NCBI GenBank assembly: GCA_027031765.1
Contig: JALVPN010000216.1
Location: 1 to 23,065 of the forward strand
Source: Promethearchaeota archaeon
GTDB taxonomy: Archaea > Asgardarchaeota > Thorarchaeia > Thorarchaeales > Thorarchaeaceae
DNA length: 23,065 nucleotides
Direction of reading: 5' to 3'
This document shows, piece after piece, positions 9,594 through 16,631 of the stretch. Both the position numbers and the translations under genes were made by a program. The notes under the pieces are model-generated. The model ran no database searches and was not told the DNA's origin. It was given only the letters and a program-made list of their open reading frames with translations. How positions within the stretch are numbered: position 1 is the first letter of the stretch; each line of letters starts with the position of its first letter.

Positions 9594-9600
9594 GTATAAG
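9594..9600 (-). promoter_or_regulatory. TATA-like box for leaderless 8817-9569 gene
   Basis: CTTATAC about 25 nt upstream of ATG 9569. Confidence 0.5.
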
Positions 9601-9725
9601 TCCAGCTCAGACTGACACACGGGGGTGGCGGACCGGTCGGTTCACACTGCCGGCTGTGGGGCGGACATGCGACCCGGAGGACTCGGGCCCCGACATGAGG
9701 GCGGGTGGACTCTCCGGCGGTGGGC

Positions 9726-11462
9726 CTACTTGTGTGCAAAGGCCACACGTATGCGCGGGCGGGTCTCGAACACGCGGCCAAAGCCGACCCGTTCGAACTG
9801 CAGGAACGTACCGGTCTCAAGCTGGGCCGCACCGGGCTCGGCCAGGCCTGTCACTACGGAGCCATCGACCATGACCATGTCCACCTCCACCGCGTCCCGA
9901 CGGGGCACCCACTGGACGATGCGCCCACCGACCTCGCGGATGCGTTCAACCTCGGCACTGTGGAACTCACAGGAAGGTGGGTCACCTTTCAGGAGCCTGA
10001 AGTTCGCAAGGTCTTTCATCCTGAACAGTGAGCCGTCCTCCATCTTGTCATAGTCGCTCTGTGCTATACCGATGATGATACCGTTCTCCGACCTCAGAGG
10101 TATTGTCCGCACGCCGCGTTCCGGGAAGTCGGGGTGGACTGGTGGGTGTGCGACGTCGAGGCTGTCAGGCAGGCCGGACACCTCAAGCCATACAGGGTCG
10201 TGGACGAAGAAGAGGCGTGGGGCCTCAGCGTCCCGGATCTTGCGGTTCTCAGAGTAGACGGCCTTCATAGAGATTGCAATGTCGACGATGCTCAGGCCCA
10301 GCGACAACATCACACGGCGGAGCGCCTCAGCTGCAATCCCGCGCCTTGCAAGTGACTGCAGGCTCCAAGTGCGGGGGTCGTCCCACCCGGAGTAGATGCC
10401 TGCGTGGACCTCGCGACGCGACTTGCTCTTGCTGAGCTTGGCGTCCTGGAACTTGAGGCGGCCGTAGTACATCAGTTCTGGGTGTTGCCAGCCATAGATG
10501 TCCCAGATGTGCTGCTCAATCTTCCCCTCTTTGACGAGGTCCTTCCCCCGGATGATGTGCGAGACCCCGAGCTCGTGGTCATCGACACCCCACGAGAACT
10601 CCAGGAGCGGCCACACACGGTACCTTGTACCGACCCGGGGGTGCTCGGTCTCCGATATACGGAGGATGACGTGGTCACGCATTGCAGGGTCAGGGTCGTC
10701 CATGCCGGTCTTCAGGCGCACGGCCGCACCACGTTCAGGGTACGTACCGTCGAGCATCTTCTCCCAGCGCTCGAGGTTGTCCTCAACACCGAGCCCCCTG
10801 CATGGGCACGCCCGCTTCTTGACCTTGTACTCCTTCCGCCAGAGCTTGGCATCACAGTCGCAGACATAGGCCTCACCCCGTCTGATGAGGTCGACGGCGT
10901 ACCTGTAGAACAGGTCCAGACGGTCGGACTTGTAGACAGTGCGGTGCCACGTCACTCCGAGGTACTCCAGCCCCTCCGGTATCAGGTCGTAGGCCTCCGG
11001 TTCGACCACCTTCTCGGCAGAGCCAATCGTGTCGTCAAAGACGAGGATGAGTTCACCGTTGTAGCGTTTCGTGTAGTAGTCGTTCAGGACGACCATGCGC
11101 GCGTTCCCAATGTGGAGCGGTCCCGATGGGAATGGCGCGAGGCGCATCACAACCTTCTCCCACATGTCAACGTTGGGCAGGTCGGGGAGCTCACGCTCCT
11201 CAGTGCCGGTCTCTTCTGGCCGTTCGAGGAGTTCCGGGGCAATGCGCATCAGCTCGGCCCGCTGTTCCTCCAGGCCCATCTTCTCGACCTCGGCGACCAG
11301 CCGCTCCGTGATCTCCCTGACCTCACGGGCACGCGGTCGGAGGTCAGCCCTAGCACCGAGTAGGGCGCTCATCACCGACTTCACGTTGGGAGTGCCATCA
11401 TACCTGACGGCATTCTCAAGCACAGCCTTCCTGACTGCGAGTTCCAGCTCCGAGTCGTCCAA
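9726..11462 (-). CDS. gltX: Glutamate--tRNA ligase, archaeal type, about 578 aa
   Basis: RLAPFPSGPLHIGNAR (HIGH motif), FDDT, YVCDC...CPC zinc-type insertion, DPAMRD, HPRVG..YRVWP, HIIRGKD, LSKS (KMSKS equivalent), WDDPR, QFERVGF. TTG start at 11462 (LDDSELELAVRK) is inferred from the typical archaeal N-terminus and GGAG upstream. Confidence 0.97.
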   Translation of the reverse strand: MDDSELELAVRKAVLENAVRYDGTPNVKSVMSALLGARADLRPRAREVREITERLVAEVEKMGLEEQRAELMRIAPELLERPEETGTEERELPDLPNVDMWEKVVMRLAPFPSGPLHIGNARMVVLNDYYTKRYNGELILVFDDTIGSAEKVVEPEAYDLIPEGLEYLGVTWHRTVYKSDRLDLFYRYAVDLIRRGEAYVCDCDAKLWRKEYKVKKRACPCRGLGVEDNLERWEKMLDGTYPERGAAVRLKTGMDDPDPAMRDHVILRISETEHPRVGTRYRVWPLLEFSWGVDDHELGVSHIIRGKDLVKEGKIEQHIWDIYGWQHPELMYYGRLKFQDAKLSKSKSRREVHAGIYSGWDDPRTWSLQSLARRGIAAEALRRVMLSLGLSIVDIAISMKAVYSENRKIRDAEAPRLFFVHDPVWLEVSGLPDSLDVAHPPVHPDFPERGVRTIPLRSENGIIIGIAQSDYDKMEDGSLFRMKDLANFRLLKGDPPSCEFHSAEVERIREVGGRIVQWVPRRDAVEVDMVMVDGSVVTGLAEPGAAQLETGTFLQFERVGFGRVFETRPRIRVAFAHK

Positions 11463-11674
11463 TACGCACAGCTCCACAGACCCCTCTCGTGAAGGGGATT
11501 TAACGTTAACTGGACGACCGGAGGAGCGCCCCTGAGCAGGCCATGGAAAATGGACATGGGCAGCAAGGACTGGCGAGGACACTCACGGGATGTCACCTGA
11601 CCATGCCATTGTGTGCTGGTCGGAACGACAGTGGATGATCCAGCCGGAAGACTGACAGGGGTCGCACGGAGAAA

Positions 11675-11682
11675 CTTATTTG
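11675..11682 (+). promoter_or_regulatory. BRE/TATA (GAAA-CTTATTTG) for Cys-rich small protein
   Basis: gagaaacttatttg, about 50 nt upstream of GTG 11731, which has AGGTG 6 nt upstream. Confidence 0.55.
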
Positions 11683-11730
11683 TGCGGCCTTGGGAACAGT
11701 AGTGAACCGACAACAAAACAGGTGTATGAC

Positions 11731-12033
11731 GTGACCCAGGAGCTCAAGTGCTGTAGACTGTGCGGAGCCTTCAATACCTGCAACCACAAGGGAGAGTGCT
11801 GTCCCGAGTGTCAGTACTTCGACGAGGAAGACTACCTGTGTCTTGCACCTGAAACCCTGAAGAAGAAGAGGAAACGGAGGACGAGAGTAGTCGCGGCTAA
11901 TGCCGAGGCGGACGATGTCGACCCCGGTGTCTTCTTCTTTGAGGACGACGAGGAGGAAGAGGAAGAGGAGGAACTCGCCCCCGAAGAGATTGACGATGAG
12001 GACTTGACCATCAGCGACCTGGACTGGGACTGA
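11731..12033 (+). CDS. Small Cys-rich (8 Cys) protein with basic patch and acidic tail, 100 aa
   Basis: MTQELKCCRLCGAFNTCNHKGECCPECQYFDEEDYLC, then LKKKRKRRTR, then FFFEDDEEEEEEEE...DLDWD. GTG start has an AGGTG SD-like motif and a TATA box upstream. It fills an otherwise empty gap. Confidence 0.85.
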   Translation: MTQELKCCRLCGAFNTCNHKGECCPECQYFDEEDYLCLAPETLKKKRKRRTRVVAANAEADDVDPGVFFFEDDEEEEEEEELAPEEIDDEDLTISDLDWD

Positions 12034-12081
12034 CCTGTCAACAGCCGGCGCCGGGTCGGACATGTGTGTGCGTCTGCGTGC

Positions 12082-12140
12082 GCAACTGGGGTGAGAGGAG
12101 TGGTAGGTGCCACGGGCCTACCACTCAGTCCTTCCAGTGC
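12082..12140. terminator. Long GC-rich hairpin between convergent genes (possible bidirectional terminator or processing signal)
   Basis: Perfect 10-bp inverted repeat GAGTGGTAGG (12098-12107) / CCTACCACTC (12117-12126), extended by gca-a-ctgggg / ttccag-tgc. No adjacent oligo-T. Confidence 0.4.
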
Positions 12141-12195
12141 TAGGGGGAGTGTACACAGTCATGACAGGCGGGGTATGACAGTGGCCTAGAGCGCG

Positions 12196-12987
12196 CTATG
12201 GACTTGGCATCATCGATACGTTGTAGAAGTACAGCCCAAAGAGTGCCAGTGCGACCATCACTAGCAGGCTTGCATTCCCAACAAGCCAGGAGCGTGCGGC
12301 CTTCTTGTGTATCTCGATGGGGCCGAGGGGCTTGAGCCCTGTTGGTGCCTCTGCATGGGGGTCCATGACACGCCACAGTATTTCAAAGGCGCTCGCATTG
12401 TTCGGGAAAATATCGAGGTAGAGGTGTGACGCGTAGCCCAGCAGGAACAGTGCAGTGGCGTAGAGCTCGAGGTTCGCGTCCATTTGCAACGAGCCACTCG
12501 TGACAATCTTTGCCGTGACGTTGTAGATCACGTTACCGGTAATGAGTAGTGGCAGGACGCACGAGTGAAAGATGACGTTCCGGTGCCGCTCAATCCCCAA
12601 GAATGGGATGTCCCAGTCCGGCATGAGCGCGCCGACCTCCATGAGGAGTAGGCCAATTGACAGGGAGATGTTGCCAGCAATGACGATCCCGTTCATCCAG
12701 GCATACACCGTCATCCCAATGAGAGAACCGATACTGAAGCACACAAAAGTGAGAGCACCGAGGGCGCCCGTGTCGCTGGTCGTCCGTTCCTCATGTTTCC
12801 GGTGGGGTGCCTTGTAGAACAGTATCGGCACGACGACAACAGACAGGGCAATGCCGCCTACGCAGTAGTAGGACAGGCCTGTGAGGAGTCGACCGACTTC
12901 CGATGTCCAGACGCTGAACGCCCATACGAGAGAGTACAGCCCCACGAACAGCGAGAAGCCAAACAAGATGTGGGACAGGCGGTTCAT
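12196..12987 (-). CDS. Membrane-bound metal-dependent hydrolase, YdjM/DUF457-like, 263 aa
   Basis: Multiple hydrophobic TM segments. Family motifs N-terminal SH, GALMPDWD, HRNVIFHS and GYASHLYLD. ATG at 12987 has GAGG upstream. Confidence 0.8.
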   Translation of the reverse strand: MNRLSHILFGFSLFVGLYSLVWAFSVWTSEVGRLLTGLSYYCVGGIALSVVVVPILFYKAPHRKHEERTTSDTGALGALTFVCFSIGSLIGMTVYAWMNGIVIAGNISLSIGLLLMEVGALMPDWDIPFLGIERHRNVIFHSCVLPLLITGNVIYNVTAKIVTSGSLQMDANLELYATALFLLGYASHLYLDIFPNNASAFEILWRVMDPHAEAPTGLKPLGPIEIHKKAARSWLVGNASLLVMVALALFGLYFYNVSMMPSP

Positions 12988-13409
12988 GACTATGCCTCGC
13001 ATCCGGTGTATTGACACTGACTGGCCACAGCTGGCCTTATGTGTTTCTCAGACGGGCTGACTCACGGGGGGTGTGCAACGGCACGTGAAGGGCCCAGACC
13101 AGGCCCAACGGCAGGTGACTCGTAGTCCCAACACATCTCCCAGGACCTGACCAAGGACACAACGTGAGTGCTGTACGGCCACCACGTGGGCCTACCAGCC
13201 CAGCCCATGCCGAGGACAGGGCACGCACACACGCCGCAACCGTGCGATGTGACCAGAGGACACCGGAGACCCCCGTCCCACGTGATGGCAAGGGCCACAC
13301 ACGATGGGATGTCCAGTGCATCTCACAAAAGACTAAAATGGCTTGCAGTCCGATAGCCGACTACGAATGCATGAAAGTGTTCTGAACAACTCAACGACAG
13401 GGGCTGCCC

Positions 13410-14522
13410 ATGCCAAAAGGGGTCTTCATAGCGCACTGGGACGACTTCAGGGGACTGGTGGTGGAACACAAGTATCCGACAAGCATAATGCTTACCGAAA
13501 AGGACCTGAACATGGTCTACTACCACCACGAGAAGGGGCGCACGGGGTCACTCCAGTACGTTGAACTTGAGAACATGAGGGTCGCGTCACTCGCAAGCAG
13601 TGGCAGACCACTATGGATTGTTGTCTTCGTCCTCGACGAGGGAGAGGAGATAGAGGGGCAGGAGGACGTACTGTTGGGTATGGGCCGTTATGTCCTGGCA
13701 ATGCTTGCGCAGCACCCCGAAGGTGTCGATGTCAAGGATGTGCTGGAGAACCAGCGCATGCTACACCGTCCCACACCCGAGCAGGAGTATGCAGACATAT
13801 TTCTCACGCCCTCATCGGCGCTGCTCCTCGAACGCATGGAACAGGAAGGCATTGACCGTGCTACGCGGCTGGCCGTGTGGCTGAATACCCAGGTACAGAG
13901 CGAGGAGATAGACATCAGAGCCGTGGCTGCCCCCCTGATGAAGTCAGGAGTGGTCAGGGTGGAGAAGGTCCAAGGTGCAGGCGAAACAGTCTTCCTCGTA
14001 CGTGATGTGTTCGCCTACAGGGCCCCCCCAGTCCAAGCACTGCAGTACGCACTAGAAACGATGGTACACATTGCGGAAGTATACCAGGACAGGGTCACCG
14101 AGTTCTTCTCTCCGCCGCCACCGGAGAAGGGCTACAACCCGACTGCTGCCACCGACGACCCGAACTCACCGCTCCTCGAGGACCGCCAGAGGATAGCCGA
14201 GATCCTGCGGAATGGCATCCATTATGAAGTGGTGAGGTGCCTCCGGGAACGACCGATGACCTTGGCGGAGATAAGTCAGGCCACCACCTTCCCGGTGGAG
14301 TTAGTGCAAAAGGTGCTCTGGGCCCTAGAGGCTGAGAAGGTCACGACGCACGTGGATGGTGGCAGTCTATGGGTACTGCTCACTGACCCCACTATTGAAG
14401 CGTTCATGCCCGAGTTCGTATTGCCAGATGTTTTCAGGAAAATGAAGGACAGAGAGCTGGATGCCAAGGTCGTGATGAGATACCTTGAGCTACTCGATGA
14501 AGAATGGGGGAGAGCTGAGTGA
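13410..14522 (+). CDS. Longin (uDENN/NPRL2-like) domain protein with two winged-helix-like domains, 370 aa
   Basis: N-terminal VFIAHWDDFRGLVVEHKYP fits the uDENN/NPRL2 start pattern and the beta-beta-alpha-beta-beta-beta-alpha-alpha longin layout. wHTH-like segments: LLLERMEQEG...APLMKSGVVRVEK...VFLV and HYEVVRCLRERPMTLAEISQAT...VQKVLWALEAEKV...WVL. Confidence 0.8.
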   Translation: MPKGVFIAHWDDFRGLVVEHKYPTSIMLTEKDLNMVYYHHEKGRTGSLQYVELENMRVASLASSGRPLWIVVFVLDEGEEIEGQEDVLLGMGRYVLAMLAQHPEGVDVKDVLENQRMLHRPTPEQEYADIFLTPSSALLLERMEQEGIDRATRLAVWLNTQVQSEEIDIRAVAAPLMKSGVVRVEKVQGAGETVFLVRDVFAYRAPPVQALQYALETMVHIAEVYQDRVTEFFSPPPPEKGYNPTAATDDPNSPLLEDRQRIAEILRNGIHYEVVRCLRERPMTLAEISQATTFPVELVQKVLWALEAEKVTTHVDGGSLWVLLTDPTIEAFMPEFVLPDVFRKMKDRELDAKVVMRYLELLDEEWGRAE

Positions 14523-15376
14523 TACGGAACGTCTGCATCCTTGGAGAGCTCGGCAATGTCGTCTATATGAAGGAGTACGCCGAGAGCCAGACAAAGGACA
14601 GGCTCCTTGATTTTCTCGTGAACCTGTCGCAGTTCATCAGTAATGAGGAGTTTGATGGCAAGACCGAACACATGAACCTGCCGAGCACAAGGATATACTA
14701 TACCAAGCGGGACTCGTTCACCTTTGTATTCGTCGCCGACAGGGCCGACGACCCCGCACAGATCGAAGAGAAGACCGAGCAGCTCGTGGAGAGGTTCATG
14801 AAGGACTATGCCAACCTCGCACTTGCATCCCAGCCGCTGGACGGGTTCGACGAGGTCGTCGACGAGATTGCAGTGACAATGGTGAAGGTCGCCATCCTGG
14901 GTTTCGCTGGTGTTGGCAAGACCACAACACTGCACCTCCTCCGTGGCGAGACCCTCCCACTTGTCCATGACCCCACGATTGGTGTCAGCATCAAGAAACT
15001 ACCCACCGAGGTCGAGAACGCGAACATCGTGCTGTGGGACCTTGCCGGCCAGTCGAGGTTCTCAATCCTGTGGGCCAAGATGATAGCCAACGCCCAGGTC
15101 GTGATAATCGTCACGGACAGCACCCTTGAGAACGTGCTGAGGAGCAAGAAGCTCGTGACACTGGTCAGAGAGGAGGTGCCGGATGCCAAGATAATCGGCA
15201 TCGCCAACAAGCAGGACCTCGCAACAGCACTCACGCCCGAGCGGGTGGGCCAGATCCTCGGGATACCCACCTACGAGCTCGTAGCAATCGACATCTCATA
15301 CAGGGACAGGCTCATCCAGATAATAAGACGGGCAATCCTTGAAGGGAAGAGCGAGTCCAAGGACAGGGTGTCATAG
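14519..15376 (+). CDS. Longin domain fused to Arf-related small GTPase, 285 aa
   Basis: N-terminal longin (IRNVCIL..GNVVYMKEY...RIYYTKRDSFTFVFVAD..D...ERFMKDY). G1 GFAGVGKTT, switch I DPTIG, G3 WDLAGQ, F..LW, G4 ANKQDL. GTG start overlaps the upstream stop (GTGA) and has GGGGGAG upstream. Confidence 0.93.
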   Translation: MIRNVCILGELGNVVYMKEYAESQTKDRLLDFLVNLSQFISNEEFDGKTEHMNLPSTRIYYTKRDSFTFVFVADRADDPAQIEEKTEQLVERFMKDYANLALASQPLDGFDEVVDEIAVTMVKVAILGFAGVGKTTTLHLLRGETLPLVHDPTIGVSIKKLPTEVENANIVLWDLAGQSRFSILWAKMIANAQVVIIVTDSTLENVLRSKKLVTLVREEVPDAKIIGIANKQDLATALTPERVGQILGIPTYELVAIDISYRDRLIQIIRRAILEGKSESKDRVS

Positions 15377-15519
15377 CGGGCCCACACCCCACTCACTCCA
15401 CAGAACATGTCGTGTCAGATGGGGCGGCAGGGTGGCTGGGGACACACATCGTCTCGGGAGTGGCACGGGGCCCCACCGTGCGACCTCCAAGCACCGAGAA
15501 ACACTCAGGATGTCACGGC

Positions 15520-15531
15520 AAAGGTTAAGAA
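15520..15531 (+). promoter_or_regulatory. BRE/TATA (AAAGG-TTAAGAA) for 15588 gene
   Basis: Purine-rich element plus TTAAGAA about 57 nt upstream of ATG 15588, which has AAGGTGTGA 6 nt upstream. Confidence 0.55.
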
Positions 15532-15587
15532 CGACTCGCAGGATGTATCAGTGCCAGAACGGGACACTTGACAAGGTGTGACAAGAC

Positions 15588-16178
15588 ATGTCCTTTGATA
15601 TTAACGAAATCCTCCAGAAACTGCAAGAGATCCAGAGTTTTGCGAACAAGGTTGCTGAAACAAAGAGACTTGCAGACCAGCTTGCTGAGAACTTTGCGAA
15701 GATGAAAGTGGCGATCAATGAGACCATCAACAGGAGCTTCGCCGAGATAGCAGACCAGATAGACACGCTGCGCAAGAACATGGAGTTGATGGAGAGCGTA
15801 CAGTCATCGTCATCATCGCCCTCGAGCAGTACCACGCCGCCGCCAGCACCACCCGAACCAGAACCAAAACCGGAGGCCCCAGCGCCGCCAACGCCACCAC
15901 CAGCGCCGCCAACGCCACCACCAGCGCCGCCACCAGCACCACCCGAACCAGAGGTGTCAGCCCCGCCGACGGTGAGTGAGAGCGCCCCGGTGGCCGAGGA
16001 AGCAGGTGACGAGCTCGAGTTCCTCAACCAGCAGAAGGACCGGCTGAAGGCGGAGCTCACAGACCTGAGGTTCGACTACATGCGTGGGTACATCCCGGAG
16101 GAGCAGTACAAGGCCAGAGAGGCCGAGCTCGACGCAAAGCTGAAGGAGATTGAGAAGAAGATCAGTGCACTGCGTTGA
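15588..16178 (+). CDS. Coiled-coil / Ser-Pro-rich linker / C-terminal SHOCT- or steadiness-box-like helical protein, 196 aa
   Basis: Heptad-like N-terminal 70 aa; a linker of PPPAPPEPEPKPEAPAPPTPPPAPPTPPPAPPPAPP; C-terminal LKAELTDLRFDYMRGYIPEEQYKAREAELDAKL. SD-like motif and TATA box present. Confidence 0.88.
   Translation: MSFDINEILQKLQEIQSFANKVAETKRLADQLAENFAKMKVAINETINRSFAEIADQIDTLRKNMELMESVQSSSSSPSSSTTPPPAPPEPEPKPEAPAPPTPPPAPPTPPPAPPPAPPEPEVSAPPTVSESAPVAEEAGDELEFLNQQKDRLKAELTDLRFDYMRGYIPEEQYKAREAELDAKLKEIEKKISALR
15843..15952 (+). repeat. Intragenic coding repeats
   Basis: 21-bp unit CCAGCGCCGCCAACGCCACCA at 15879-15899 and 15900-15920, with a partial third copy at 15921-15932. It is flanked by a 20-bp direct repeat CCAGCACCACCCGAACCAGA at 15843-15862 and 15933-15952. 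Confidence 0.9.
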
Positions 16179-16631
16179 CAACAGATGGTGTCAACACCCC
16201 TTGCCAGGCCCACCAGACACAAAGGGTGAGCGCTCCAAGCGATGGGGTGACCATCGTACACAGTCAGGGCTAGCGCTGGCATCCCGGTAACAGGACAGAA
16301 TGGCAGTCGTAGACATGGACACGGCACGCGCACTGCCACTATGTGAGTCTACAGGTTGTCCATCAAGCTGCACACACTACATTGGAGGGCAGAGGACGGT
16401 ACGGCCATGGGGCGGTGAGGGGGTAGCACAGGTGGTCAGGAGGGCGGCATGTTGCCGCAGGCCCGCCTGACAGGCCCCAAGAAATGAGCAGGGCCACATT
16501 CAGGGCGGGAAAAAGGACATGGAGTGGACATGCACAGGTCGACTCCGGTCTGTCTGCACCTATCAGGCCCGGGTCCTGCTGAGGACTGCAGTCTGTTGGC
16601 AGGCACCAGGTATGCCCATCTACGGTTAGGG

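Noticed and set aside
5043-11512. CAGTTAAC shared upstream of thiI and gltX
   Set aside because: It has opposite orientation relative to the two genes and is only 8 bp long.
11572-11655. Second possible C/D RNA (CGAGGA...CTGA...GGATGA-13nt-CTGA)
   Set aside because: The C boxes are degenerate, spacing is irregular (17-nt guide, 32-nt linker), and there is no terminal stem or matching TATA box.
12031-12140. TGA stop of Cys-rich gene plus downstream hairpin as a selenocysteine/SECIS signal
   Set aside because: The hairpin lacks the paired UGA/GA quartet on either strand, the TGA follows a natural-looking C-terminus, and the read-through sequence is not protein-like.
12988-13409. 420-nt divergent gap with several 60-95 aa ORFs
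   Set aside because: The ORFs are not protein-like, and I found no repeat, tRNA or box motif. It is probably a divergent promoter region.
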